A DNA stretch of 53,722 bases from a virus (taxonomy: Duplodnaviria > Caudoviricetes): positions 1 to 53,722 of IMG/VR virus record IMGVR_UViG_3300033148_003280. One strand, written 5' to 3'. The notes beneath the pieces were generated by a model that was not told where the DNA came from, did not search any database, and saw only the letters and a program-made list of their open reading frames with translations. The translations under genes were made by a program, and so were the position numbers. Shown in pieces: positions 28,344-37,973 of the stretch. The first letter of the stretch is position 1; every line of letters begins with the position of its first letter.

Positions 28344-28915
28344 GCTCCTGGCAACGCCTTCAAAATTTCCTTTTCAAAAAGATTGAGGAGTTGTTGAGCC
28401 TCCTTTTGGTTGGTGTAGATGAATGGCCTTGCAGGGATATTCCTGCTTTTATCGCCGTATTGATGAGTGGGCGCGTAGTCCTTTGTTAAATGTGGGATAC
28501 CGGCTTCCGCCGCCATCCCATCGGTTTGAACGGTATAAACGAGTGACTTATACATCGTCCCGGTATCGCGCAGAATATTCACGCCCTTAATGCCAGCTAC
28601 AGGAACCGCCCCGCCAAAATGCACAATGGCACGAGCCGCGCCCATCCCGATCCTGCCACTCTTCGTCATCGCCCCCTTCATTGTCTCACTCGCTCCCTTT
28701 TTGCTGACTCGACGCCTTGCAATGGTCTCAGCTTTCAGCGGCGCCCATGCTGCACCATCCGGCCCTTCCTGCCTAATAAAATGCCGCTTCTGCATCGCAA
28801 GCATTCTCTGTCCGACTAAGTCCATTGCTGGGCCAGGATGCTTGGCTGCTCGCTTGAGTTCGTCAAGTAATGCTTGAACCTCTTTAAGTCCTTTCACCTC
28901 AAACCTAATGCTCAT
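28340..28915 (-). CDS. Virion morphogenesis protein (Mu gpG / tail completion family)
   Basis: F..Q.GPDG..WAPL...T, ILRDTG.M..S and YA.THQYG...IPARPF. Confidence 0.85.
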   Translation of the reverse strand: MSIRFEVKGLKEVQALLDELKRAAKHPGPAMDLVGQRMLAMQKRHFIRQEGPDGAAWAPLKAETIARRRVSKKGASETMKGAMTKSGRIGMGAARAIVHFGGAVPVAGIKGVNILRDTGTMYKSLVYTVQTDGMAAEAGIPHLTKDYAPTHQYGDKSRNIPARPFIYTNQKEAQQLLNLFEKEILKALPGA

Positions 28916-29634
28916 GGAGTAAATCCCTCCAGCGAATCATTGGTGAAATCGTAAGTCGCACCGCCTGATCCGCCATCATACTTATCCCCACTATAGGACG
29001 GTTTCCGTGCGACCTCTCCGGCATCCTCACTATGGAACCTGTACGTGCCGCGCTGAATCTCTTTAACCCGGACAAGGAATAAATCCTTGTAGTTCACAAA
29101 CGGGTTATTCTCATCGGTACGTCCGCGCCTAAACCACAACCGGTAACAGGTGTAGCCGGTGACCATTTCGAGAACTTCATCAGGCACACCCGAATTGTAG
29201 ATGTTGGCTTTCGGCCCGTCCGAATCACCACCAAGGATATCCGCGCCGAAATACTTACATGTTAGCCGAAGATGTGTATCATCCGTTACTTCACGCACGA
29301 TGTGGATAGCATTGATATTGTCCTGGGGCTGAATCCAATCTTCAACATCAACTTCTGTGAGATAATGCGTACCGGTTCCGACAACGTAATCATTGCCGTT
29401 AATGAATTCCATCGTCCCGGTAAGCTCCACGATAAAAGGTTCAATGGGCAAATCCATATGGCCGCGCACATAGCCGTCAAACTCACGGCTCGCTAAGGCG
29501 ATATTACGCATCAACTGCTCTTCAACGTCTTCGTGTAAGAGCAGACCGTTGCTAATATCGGAAACCGCGTTAACGAGATGCCGCTCGCTCTCCGTTTCGA
29601 GCAATAAGGCTATATTGCTATATACAGGCTTCAA
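28912..29634 (-). CDS. Head-tail adaptor (Mu gp36/DUF1320-like) with inserted beta domain
   Basis: ASREFDGYV....LP, Y.L..RR and L/VKEI..G motifs. Confidence 0.65.
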   Translation of the reverse strand: MKPVYSNIALLLETESERHLVNAVSDISNGLLLHEDVEEQLMRNIALASREFDGYVRGHMDLPIEPFIVELTGTMEFINGNDYVVGTGTHYLTEVDVEDWIQPQDNINAIHIVREVTDDTHLRLTCKYFGADILGGDSDGPKANIYNSGVPDEVLEMVTGYTCYRLWFRRGRTDENNPFVNYKDLFLVRVKEIQRGTYRFHSEDAGEVARKPSYSGDKYDGGSGGATYDFTNDSLEGFTP

Positions 29635-29752
29635 GTTTGCCCTCCTTGACCCACTTCTTTATCCATGGCTTAGTGGCAACAACATCTATCACCTTGCCGC
29701 GACGATAAACGATGCGTCCGCATTTGAGCCTAATCGTCTTCAGTACCCTCAT
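29618..29752 (-). CDS. 44-aa small head-module protein
   Basis: MRVLKTIRLKCGRIVYRRGKVIDV...WVKEGKLE; overlaps both neighbours. Confidence 0.5.
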   Translation of the reverse strand: MRVLKTIRLKCGRIVYRRGKVIDVVATKPWIKKWVKEGKLEACI

Positions 29753-30296
29753 CCTCGTTCGATTCGCCCGATCCCTTATCGCTTCCGGCATCTTCATCCT
29801 CCGGAAATGAATCCTCGATCTCGCTGTACTCGCTAAATGACTCTTTCCATTCCACATATTCTGCGAAATCGGAAAGAAGCCGTTCGGCAAGTTTCACGCC
29901 AATGCCCCTGAGTTCATCAAGTGCTTCCACATCCCATCCTTCGAGATCGCGGATACGCACAATGCCTTTTTCCTTAAGCGACTTCTTAGACATCGGGTTC
30001 AGATAGTCGAGGTCGTCGATAGACGGTTCGGCATATGCGTACTCAGGCGATTCATCGGGCGCGATGACCTCGGTGCTCACCGTCAACTGTCCGGCATCAG
30101 GATCACCGACCACGGGCGGTAGCGATGTAGCTTCGGGTTCCTTGACAGGCGGGGGCGTCGCGGCTGGATCACCCGAGACCACGATCCAGCCGCGCCGAAT
30201 TCCCTCATTAAGTCGCTTATAGTCAGCAGGTACTATACCGCCCTTGGGTATAAACCTGTTCTTGTGATGTAAGGTTCTTTTAGAAATGTAAGGCAT
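29730..30296 (-). CDS. Protein with HhH / RNAP alpha-CTD-like domain, paralog of 27097-27759
   Basis: IDDLDYLNPMSKKSLKEKGIVRIRDL...LDELRGIGVKLAERL; acidic tail; GGAGGAG RBS. Confidence 0.7.
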   Translation of the reverse strand: MPYISKRTLHHKNRFIPKGGIVPADYKRLNEGIRRGWIVVSGDPAATPPPVKEPEATSLPPVVGDPDAGQLTVSTEVIAPDESPEYAYAEPSIDDLDYLNPMSKKSLKEKGIVRIRDLEGWDVEALDELRGIGVKLAERLLSDFAEYVEWKESFSEYSEIEDSFPEDEDAGSDKGSGESNEDEGTEDD

Positions 30297-30310
30297 GTTC
30301 TCCTCCCGAT

Positions 30311-31318
30311 TTAAGTCGGATCAGAAGTGATGTTCTTAATGAGGGCTCCAGCCCTTCCATTAGACAACTTCACTTCATAATCTGTGCGAACCTCGTACCA
30401 TACTCCCTCAACGAAGATGTCAGGCTTTTCGCTGACGGTCATGATGTCTCTGTCGCTGATAACAGCGTTGTTGAAAGCGAACTGCACAATCATCGCAGCT
30501 GTCTTCAGGCTCGGACTCGGATCAACATAACCAACCCACGCCCAGTCATCTCCGGCATCTGCAGAAATCTCTTCCCACATGAATTTGAGGCTCGAAACCT
30601 CAAGCCGTGGATTCTCGTCGTAGATCGCATCGGCTTGGATGACGTTCAGACCAAAGAGCGGATTCGGGAATTTGCCGGTCTGAAGATAGGTGAGACCGTA
30701 CATGGTTTTGAGGATGTCGATCAAAACCGCATTATCCACCAAGGCATCACCGGCTTTCGGTGAAAGGATCAGTGTGTTGGCGGATCTCCCAGAGTGGAGC
30801 TTGACCGCGCGGATAGCCGCCTTGATGTCGTGGTACGGGTTTGCATCATCGGCATCCCAGGGGGCCTCCGCATCAAACCAGTGAGGATCATCTGCGTCGA
30901 CATAGTAAGACGCCTCGGTGAGCAGAATTTCCGCAACCTTGGCTTCGCGTTCGAGTGCGACATTTTCGACAAGAAGCTCGATGCCCTTGCGATATTCCAC
31001 AACTGACTGCGCGGACATCTTTGCTTCACGATCAGTCATGAGATGCCGCTTACCGAACGGCTCGGTCGAGTACGTCGCTTTATCCAGCCTGAAGTTCAGT
31101 TCGGTAGGAACGCCACCATGCGGAATCTTCGTGTCGTGATGGATGTTCTTTCCTTCAATGGGAAGAATGACATGGTAATCGCCGGGGTTCTTATTGACCG
31201 GAATTACCGGGGCGACGCGGTTGGCGATAAGGCCATCGTTGTCGTAGAAAAGGTATACGCCGTAGTTACTTAACTCGGCATTGATAGCTGCCTCTGCAGG
31301 CATTGGGTGTCCAGACAT
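30311..31318 (-). CDS. Major capsid protein
   Basis: 335 aa after the decoration gene; IANRVAPVIPV, RE.KVA..L, W.....NP..DI and G...NTLILS pattern of lambda E/Mu-like capsids. Confidence 0.85.
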   Translation of the reverse strand: MSGHPMPAEAAINAELSNYGVYLFYDNDGLIANRVAPVIPVNKNPGDYHVILPIEGKNIHHDTKIPHGGVPTELNFRLDKATYSTEPFGKRHLMTDREAKMSAQSVVEYRKGIELLVENVALEREAKVAEILLTEASYYVDADDPHWFDAEAPWDADDANPYHDIKAAIRAVKLHSGRSANTLILSPKAGDALVDNAVLIDILKTMYGLTYLQTGKFPNPLFGLNVIQADAIYDENPRLEVSSLKFMWEEISADAGDDWAWVGYVDPSPSLKTAAMIVQFAFNNAVISDRDIMTVSEKPDIFVEGVWYEVRTDYEVKLSNGRAGALIKNITSDPT

Positions 31319-31349
31319 TTTAAGTCCTCCATGAAATTATTCATTCACA

Positions 31350-31811
31350 TTATTCGGCGGGCGCGTAGTCCGCAGCGGGAATCCTGTGGATGAAGATTGA
31401 GCATTGATGGCCATCGCCGGCACATGCTGAAACCGTGAAACCGATAATTTCCTGCGTTGCAGGTGTTGCCTGAACAACGCGACCATTTGCATCAACGGAT
31501 ACCCACATATTCGCGTCGAGAGCCTCGCCGCCGAGGACCGGGACCCTTCCTTCAAGGGCAACGGTGACCTCGATGGAATCTGTCCCCTTGCTCCCGGCAA
31601 TGTACTCGGCGATCTGGGCTGCATTTACGCCGTTTGTGGCAACGCCATAAGGCATCGTCAAGTTGGTACACGGGATGACAACGCCATCTGTTGCACCAAG
31701 CGAAACGACCTGGCCCTCAAGGATCGCCGCGAAAGCGGATTTCTTGTCGATGGAAATCTCGTCGACCTTTTTGATGTCGACCTTGGTTGTGAAATCAATA
31801 GCTCGTGCCAT
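31350..31811 (-). CDS. Capsid decoration/cement protein
   Basis: V.VA.EG.VPV.GG.A......V..DANGR.V motif; lies between scaffold and capsid genes. Confidence 0.7.
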   Translation of the reverse strand: MARAIDFTTKVDIKKVDEISIDKKSAFAAILEGQVVSLGATDGVVIPCTNLTMPYGVATNGVNAAQIAEYIAGSKGTDSIEVTVALEGRVPVLGGEALDANMWVSVDANGRVVQATPATQEIIGFTVSACAGDGHQCSIFIHRIPAADYAPAE

Positions 31812-32353
31812 TACTTCTTCACCTCCATGGTTGCTCTGTCGAGAGCTTCGGTATAGCTCATTTCGGGATTATCCCTCATAAGCTGTCTCCTGCGCTCTTC
31901 AACAGCTGTGTCAATGCCGTGGGCGCGTGCCTTGACAAGCGGATCACCCGAATCCTCATTCAGAATGTCCTTGGCGATTTCGAGCTTCAGCTTCAGCTTA
32001 CCGCCATACATCAAGACGTCCTTGATGATATCGACCGCACTGCGTTCTCTATCCCCGACAACAATTTTTTTGTCAGGAATTACGGCTAATGCATCCACCA
32101 GCCCCATTTCGACCTGAGCTGCCGTGATGTAGCCTTCAGCGTGCATCGTCCGGACATCACTTTTGATTGCTTCGAGTTTTGCTGACTCAAGTAGTTCGTT
32201 CAGCTCGGTGTTTTCACGCAGGAGTTTTTCTTGAGTCAACTGCTCCTGCCTCTCCTTTTCTTCACGGATAGCAGCATTTTCCGCAGCAAGATTGGCTGTT
32301 GAGCCTTTCTCTATTACTGTGGTGCTACCTCCGTCAGCGACTTTTTCAGACAT
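31811..32353 (-). CDS. Nested in-frame scaffold protein
   Basis: Internal AAGGAGG-7 nt-ATG (MSEKVADGG), in frame with the protease. Confidence 0.6.
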   Translation of the reverse strand: MSEKVADGGSTTVIEKGSTANLAAENAAIREEKERQEQLTQEKLLRENTELNELLESAKLEAIKSDVRTMHAEGYITAAQVEMGLVDALAVIPDKKIVVGDRERSAVDIIKDVLMYGGKLKLKLEIAKDILNEDSGDPLVKARAHGIDTAVEERRRQLMRDNPEMSYTEALDRATMEVKK

Positions 32354-33577
32354 CGCTTTTCCTCCTTCGGTAGTTTTTGATATTGCTAAATCAGGCGCCC
32401 CATCGGGGGCATCGCCTGATGTCTCTTTCTGCCACGGTGCTTTCCGGTCCATCTTGTCGTAATACTTTTCAAGATGGCTTTTTACCCCGGCAACATCGTC
32501 ATCCGGGATATCGACGCCGCCTCGCGCTCCACCTATCGCACCCGCCGCCGCAAACACGCCACGCGGCACAGCCTTCAAATCGCCATCGACAACATCGGCG
32601 ATGGGCAGCTTATAACTGCCGAACTTCTCTTTTTCATCAGAGTCGTACCACAAGAAGCCTTCCCGGTACTTATCCCAGTCGATATCATCCTCGCCGCCCG
32701 CGTATTCGCGCCGGTGATCTTCTGCGGCGTCGTTGTCCCATTCCATTTCTTCATCGGCCATTGCTAAGTCCTGAAATGCAACAACGCTCGCAATGATCAC
32801 GTCTAATGCGGCGAGGTTCCGTTCACCTATCCATGCTTTGGCTTTTGCAAGCGTCCAATCCTTATCAAGCGAGAACATCACATTCTGTATCACCATCGAA
32901 CTGGCCTTGCTACCCTCTGGGATGTATTCCGGTTTGAGTTTGCCGACTTTGGCCATTATCCCGGCTTCCTCATCAAGCTCGACGGTTCTGAGTTTCTTCT
33001 CGATGAACCGGGACGGCTGCCGTACCTGATGCCGGATATACTCTTCGGTCTTTTCCCACGCTAACTGATTAGCAATTGCATCAAGGGACTGCCCTTCATT
33101 CACGCGATCAATCTCTAATTGCCGTGTCATCTTTTCAGCATCCTCCTCTTTGAAGATAATAGGTTCCATGCCGACAGCAGCGGGTGTATTCGCACCAAGC
33201 AATGAAAATTCCCATAGATACGGGAAGCCCGGAGTCGGATGGAATGATGCCCAACCGATAGAGCGCTCATTATATTCGCCGCTCTCAACCATCGCCTTGC
33301 CTGATTCCAAAAAGCCGACCGTGGCCACGAGGCTGAATGCACCCTCTGCCGACACATCGTCCTTGACATGAAGCGCGAGAACATGGCCAAATGCTGGTCC
33401 ATAATAATCGTGATCTCTGGCGACCTTAGCCCGCAACATCGCCGGGTCATAAGTCAACGCGATCTCATTCAGGAACTCCTCATCATAACCCTGCCAATTC
33501 CAAGTTCCTTCAACCAGGATTTCAACGTCCTGAATCAGTGCGTAGTCAACTTGGTATGGGTCTTTTTCATATTTCAT
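31811..33577 (-). CDS. Prohead protease-scaffold (Mu gpI-like) with two inserted domains
   Basis: DH..GPAFGHV, GEY..RS and SLLGA..PA..GM protease motifs; coiled-coil C-terminus MSYTEAL. Start reassigned to MKYEK. Confidence 0.8.
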   Translation of the reverse strand: MKYEKDPYQVDYALIQDVEILVEGTWNWQGYDEEFLNEIALTYDPAMLRAKVARDHDYYGPAFGHVLALHVKDDVSAEGAFSLVATVGFLESGKAMVESGEYNERSIGWASFHPTPGFPYLWEFSLLGANTPAAVGMEPIIFKEEDAEKMTRQLEIDRVNEGQSLDAIANQLAWEKTEEYIRHQVRQPSRFIEKKLRTVELDEEAGIMAKVGKLKPEYIPEGSKASSMVIQNVMFSLDKDWTLAKAKAWIGERNLAALDVIIASVVAFQDLAMADEEMEWDNDAAEDHRREYAGGEDDIDWDKYREGFLWYDSDEKEKFGSYKLPIADVVDGDLKAVPRGVFAAAGAIGGARGGVDIPDDDVAGVKSHLEKYYDKMDRKAPWQKETSGDAPDGAPDLAISKTTEGGKAMSEKVADGGSTTVIEKGSTANLAAENAAIREEKERQEQLTQEKLLRENTELNELLESAKLEAIKSDVRTMHAEGYITAAQVEMGLVDALAVIPDKKIVVGDRERSAVDIIKDVLMYGGKLKLKLEIAKDILNEDSGDPLVKARAHGIDTAVEERRRQLMRDNPEMSYTEALDRATMEVKK

Positions 33578-33578
33578 T

Positions 33579-35924
33579 TTATGCCGCCTCTTTAAGTATT
33601 GGCTTCCATCGCCCGAATCCCTCCATGGATTTGACCTTTGGTGTCCCCGCCGCATTACCGTCCCACTCATCTTCAAACACCGGGATTAAATCACTCCGGC
33701 ACATGTAATGCAGTGGCGGGACAATATCCATTTTCTCAACGTCATCTGATCGATATATTTGACCATTGCGGGATGCGCATATGTCAGTCGTGCGGTCATC
33801 AAGAACGGCCATGAATTCCATCGCCGGGATCGCGGCCTTACCGTGATCGGTTCGCGCCGCTTCCATATTGCCCGATACAAACGATGTCGATACATTTGTC
33901 CTGAATATGTTTTCGGCATGCGCGTCGCTTATGACGACTTCCCTGACGGTCTTCTGGAATTGCTTTATCGTGGAGCCTTCTTCGAGCGCCTTTTCAAGTG
34001 CGGGTTTAAGGGTATTCGCAATAGCATCCTCTGACATCCGCGCCGCCGTCAATGCCTGCCGACGAGACCACGCATCAAGTTTCTCAAACTCTTTATCAGT
34101 AAGTATTCCCTTTTCCTTGAAATGCTTAATAGCATCAGCGGCCTTCATGGGTTTCCAGCGTGCCAGCTTTTCAACTCGCGGGTCATGCTCTGCTTCAATG
34201 CTATTCTTGCGCTTATACTTCGGTAGTCCAAATACGATGAACATGCCGTTGAGTAGCCCCCATAAATCCGTGTCATGCATGGTCGCTTTGAATTTCCTTA
34301 CATCGAGACTGAAGTTATCGATGTCGTCAAGAGCCTTTTCAATGCTACCGTTTTTCAATAGCCAGATATCTATTTGATCCGCGAATTCATCATATGACGG
34401 CTTCCCTGCCGTGTACGACGCATCCGATATCTTTTTCTGCGTGTATTTAAATGCTTCGGCGCGCTTGTCTAATCTCGCAGCGGATTCAAGCGATACTTTG
34501 CGCATCACCATTTCATCCCCGATATCGCCGCCTTCCTCCGGCTCCAACTCTTCATCTTCTTCTGCCCCGATATCAGGGGTACCCGCCATACCGCCGCCGA
34601 TAATAGGCTGAATCGTTTCGGCGCCTTCCTCGGCCAACGGTAAATCAAGTAAGCTCGCGGCGTCCTCAATAGATACCGGGATACCCAATTCAGCAGCGGC
34701 CCTCAGTTTATTTATCGTAACCTGATCGTCTTTGGCTGCCTCGTAATGCTGCTTGAACTTCGGCATTTCTTTAACATCGGGGAAGTTCAATTCAACAATA
34801 AATCGAATGAGTGTTTTATTCAATGCCGCAGCAAGCGCCTTACTATCTGACTCATTACGTTCCTGCAATCGCCTTTCGTGAACCTCGCCTAATGCGCGCG
34901 TCCCACTTTCGGAAGTACCGGATGATAGGGTTGCTCCCAGCAACCGGTAAGTCATCTCGGCATTGCAACGCCGGATCAGGACATCGCCGAAGTTGGGATC
35001 GATCTTGATTTCGGGGAATTCTATCTCGTGGTTTTTGCTGATGACAGCATACTTTGATTTGAGCAGTATCTTGGCTGTTTCCTCTAACCCATCCTGGTCA
35101 GTTTGGTTCGTGCCTTCGTCGTACTTTATTATGACGGTGCCGACAGCGCCGCGTTCTTCGGCTCTCATCCATTGCTCGAAGCCGTGATGCTTGAACCACC
35201 AGACCCAATAGACGGACCGCAACAGGCTCATGCCGTATGGGTTCTGATAACGTGGGCGGAAAGCGTAATGGATGAATTTATAGTCCGGCATCACTTCGCC
35301 CTCATTGCTACTCGATGCACCCACGAATACGAGGTTGCGGTCTGCATCAAACCTGAACCAGTCGGGCGGCTTACTTAAAATGCGATCCGGGACGATCATT
35401 TGCTTGCCGTCGATCTCATCGTCTTTCCAGATGATCTCGCTAATTGCATAACCGTTGCGGCAAGCGGATAGAAGCTCTGATAAGTCCTCGTCAAAGTTAC
35501 TGAGTCCAAGTAGCGCGGTCTTCACATATGCGGCAATCTCAATGTCAATCTCTTCATCACTTGCGGGAATGATATCCCAGGGAAGTCGTGCGACTGAATC
35601 AATGCGGGTCTCTATGATACCGGCAAGCACCGCATCGGAGTCGGCCATCTCATCATAAAATGAGAATCGGGACTTGCCCTTGGCACGGATTATCTTATCG
35701 CTGGACCTGTACGGATCGCCGCCGAACATTGTTGAGAATGTATTTCGCGCCTTGGATATCTCATCCCTGAGTCCCGATATATTATAGTTAGACTTGGGTC
35801 GAACATCGTCCTTTGCGAGACGCCCCCCGATGCCGGGGAATATGGTGGTAGCGGCTTTTACTAACCGAGCCTTGAGTGGTTCGGGTCGATGCCGTCTTGA
35901 TCTATTTCGTTTACGCTTAGCCAT
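33579..35924 (-). CDS. Portal protein (DUF935, Mu gp29-like) fused to MuF/SPP1 gp7 minor head domain
   Basis: YDEM..SD, GYAISEIIW, NPYG.SLLR..YW and ALGEVH; C-terminal FRTN, D.RT..IC..R.G and PPLHYMCRS. Confidence 0.88.
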   Translation of the reverse strand: MAKRKRNRSRRHRPEPLKARLVKAATTIFPGIGGRLAKDDVRPKSNYNISGLRDEISKARNTFSTMFGGDPYRSSDKIIRAKGKSRFSFYDEMADSDAVLAGIIETRIDSVARLPWDIIPASDEEIDIEIAAYVKTALLGLSNFDEDLSELLSACRNGYAISEIIWKDDEIDGKQMIVPDRILSKPPDWFRFDADRNLVFVGASSSNEGEVMPDYKFIHYAFRPRYQNPYGMSLLRSVYWVWWFKHHGFEQWMRAEERGAVGTVIIKYDEGTNQTDQDGLEETAKILLKSKYAVISKNHEIEFPEIKIDPNFGDVLIRRCNAEMTYRLLGATLSSGTSESGTRALGEVHERRLQERNESDSKALAAALNKTLIRFIVELNFPDVKEMPKFKQHYEAAKDDQVTINKLRAAAELGIPVSIEDAASLLDLPLAEEGAETIQPIIGGGMAGTPDIGAEEDEELEPEEGGDIGDEMVMRKVSLESAARLDKRAEAFKYTQKKISDASYTAGKPSYDEFADQIDIWLLKNGSIEKALDDIDNFSLDVRKFKATMHDTDLWGLLNGMFIVFGLPKYKRKNSIEAEHDPRVEKLARWKPMKAADAIKHFKEKGILTDKEFEKLDAWSRRQALTAARMSEDAIANTLKPALEKALEEGSTIKQFQKTVREVVISDAHAENIFRTNVSTSFVSGNMEAARTDHGKAAIPAMEFMAVLDDRTTDICASRNGQIYRSDDVEKMDIVPPLHYMCRSDLIPVFEDEWDGNAAGTPKVKSMEGFGRWKPILKEAA

Positions 35925-37453
35925 TAATACCCTTCGAGTACCGTCTCAATATCTCTTACCGGACCGACGCGAGTTTCTTGATGCTGTGCTTTTCGATTGC
36001 CCTTGATGAAATAACGTAAGCAGTCCGGGAAATGGTCATTGAGCTTTTTGGGATTCTCGTTTGCTCCCTTGCCCTCTTGAATATCGGGGTAACTGTATGC
36101 AAGCATCTCCCATATGCCGACCTTACAACTGGGATCCATTAGTAACCCGGTAGTACCATCGGCTCGCACACTGAGATATTCATGGACTTCACGTATCCCG
36201 ATCTGCACATCATCTTTATCAAAACTGATTATCGGGAAATTCTGCCCGAACCCACGGCAGAAGTCACGCGGCGCAGCAGGATCAGCAGGGTCTGATATTA
36301 TCGCGCCCCATATCCACGGCACGTTGTGCCGCGTCCGCATAGCCTGTCCGACTTCGTAAGGCGTGCGTTCGCTGAATCTGTTCTCGCGTAATACCATAAC
36401 GCGATCCATTGAGGTCATCTGCATATCGTAGACGGCATATGAACCGCGCTCACCTTTTGGATCAGACCTCCAACCTGGGTCCATAACGAGAATGACGGGG
36501 CTTCCCTTGTCGGCTTCCAGCGGTACGCGGGATGCGTGAATATCCTCGCTGAATTCCTTGTAGACCGCGCCTGTTCGCTGTGGGCGATTGCAAAGAAATT
36601 GAGCATCCCATGTCTCGTCATCAACCTTCGCTGATTTATTCCTGAAGTCCTCAATAGGGTAGAAGCCCTTTGTCTTACGCGCCCGGCCCTGACATCGATC
36701 ACGGGTCAGCTTCGCACAATTATCGCAACTATCAGTAGCCGGGCAAGTTTCGAGTACGTCCCAGATGCACCATTTATAGACGCGGATACCTGTTTCTCGC
36801 GCCCACTGCAGAACGCGCTGGAACGGCCCATACGCCTTGTCACGGGTCGATGTGTATATATCGAGGGCATGATTGCCGCCACTCGTATGACTCATCCCCT
36901 GGAACTTCTCAATGACACCGGCGCGTTCCAGGGTCTCTACCTCATCAAGAAATGCCCAATGCGGATGCGGCCCTGATACCGCCGCCAATGTCGCGGAATA
37001 TATAGCGAGGCTTGAACCATCAACCGTCTCGGCATTACCTCTGAGTACCGATGCGAATTGATCGGCGATTGATGGTAGCTGGGCAAAATCTGTGAAGTAT
37101 TCATAGCACTTATCGGCCTGATAAACAACCGAACCATAGTGGGCGATCTCAAGTTCATCTCTCAGTATCATCCCGGCATTTTCAAGCAATGCACAATCTA
37201 TCGTTTTACCGCCGCCGCGATTGCCGAGTACGACCGCCGCCGCGAGTGGGCAACGACCAAAAAACGCATCGGCTACGAAATCGAACGGCGCATCGTGCTC
37301 CGGGCAAAACGATTCACGCGGAATGTCATAGCCGTAAACAAGCCAGATGAAATTATGCAGGTCGTCATCGTCAAAAGTCCCGGCGCGATAACGCTTTCGG
37401 AACTCCTCGATATATATCTTGGTCTCGCTACTTTTTATCGCTGTTGCTTGCAT
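35924..37453 (-). CDS. terL: Terminase large subunit
   Basis: Walker A GNRGGGKT, Walker B AFLDE and nuclease MDPG...NDHFPDCLRY. Confidence 0.9.
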   Translation of the reverse strand: MQATAIKSSETKIYIEEFRKRYRAGTFDDDDLHNFIWLVYGYDIPRESFCPEHDAPFDFVADAFFGRCPLAAAVVLGNRGGGKTIDCALLENAGMILRDELEIAHYGSVVYQADKCYEYFTDFAQLPSIADQFASVLRGNAETVDGSSLAIYSATLAAVSGPHPHWAFLDEVETLERAGVIEKFQGMSHTSGGNHALDIYTSTRDKAYGPFQRVLQWARETGIRVYKWCIWDVLETCPATDSCDNCAKLTRDRCQGRARKTKGFYPIEDFRNKSAKVDDETWDAQFLCNRPQRTGAVYKEFSEDIHASRVPLEADKGSPVILVMDPGWRSDPKGERGSYAVYDMQMTSMDRVMVLRENRFSERTPYEVGQAMRTRHNVPWIWGAIISDPADPAAPRDFCRGFGQNFPIISFDKDDVQIGIREVHEYLSVRADGTTGLLMDPSCKVGIWEMLAYSYPDIQEGKGANENPKKLNDHFPDCLRYFIKGNRKAQHQETRVGPVRDIETVLEGY

Positions 37454-37973
37454 GTTTCTTTTTCAGCTTCTCGAAAAACCTGTTGCTCAATTTCTTGTCG
37501 CTCATTAGAAGCCGGATCACTTCAACTGTTGATGCGCCAACCTCGTGTATCTCGTGGACTTCACCTGAGTGCTCCAGCTTGACTATCTCTCCAGGATCGA
37601 CGCCCTCCATTTTGCAAAGTAACTCAACTGCTCTGACTGCCGGGCCGTACTGCTTATCATTCAGCGACCTCATAAATGTTTCCCGGACTCGTTCCTTTGC
37701 TTCGCGCTTTTTGACCGGGCGATCCTCTGCTTCTTCGTCTTCCCACTTCTTATAGACCGCCTTGATGTATCTCTCAGCCGTTGTCCGGCACACAGTGTAT
37801 TTGTCTATAATGGCCCTGACTGTCTGTCTATAGCGTAACCCCGAACCTATCAGGGATTCGACAAACTCATGGCGCTCTTCCATCTCATACTTGTTTTTCG
37901 CGCCGTTGTGAGATATGGCCTTCCGCTTGACGGTCGGCTTCACCTTCTTCGGTTTTGGCTTTTGTCGCACCAT
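37428..37973 (-). CDS. terS: Terminase small subunit
   Basis: HTH-like N-terminal half and KLEHSGEV motif; immediately upstream of terL. Confidence 0.65.
   Translation of the reverse strand: MVRQKPKPKKVKPTVKRKAISHNGAKNKYEMEERHEFVESLIGSGLRYRQTVRAIIDKYTVCRTTAERYIKAVYKKWEDEEAEDRPVKKREAKERVRETFMRSLNDKQYGPAVRAVELLCKMEGVDPGEIVKLEHSGEVHEIHEVGASTVEVIRLLMSDKKLSNRFFEKLKKKHASNSDKK

Noticed and set aside
28340-35924. Transposable Mu-like phage
   Set aside because: Only the head genes are Mu-like. There is no transposase, MuB or sheath, and replication is initiator/Bet-type.
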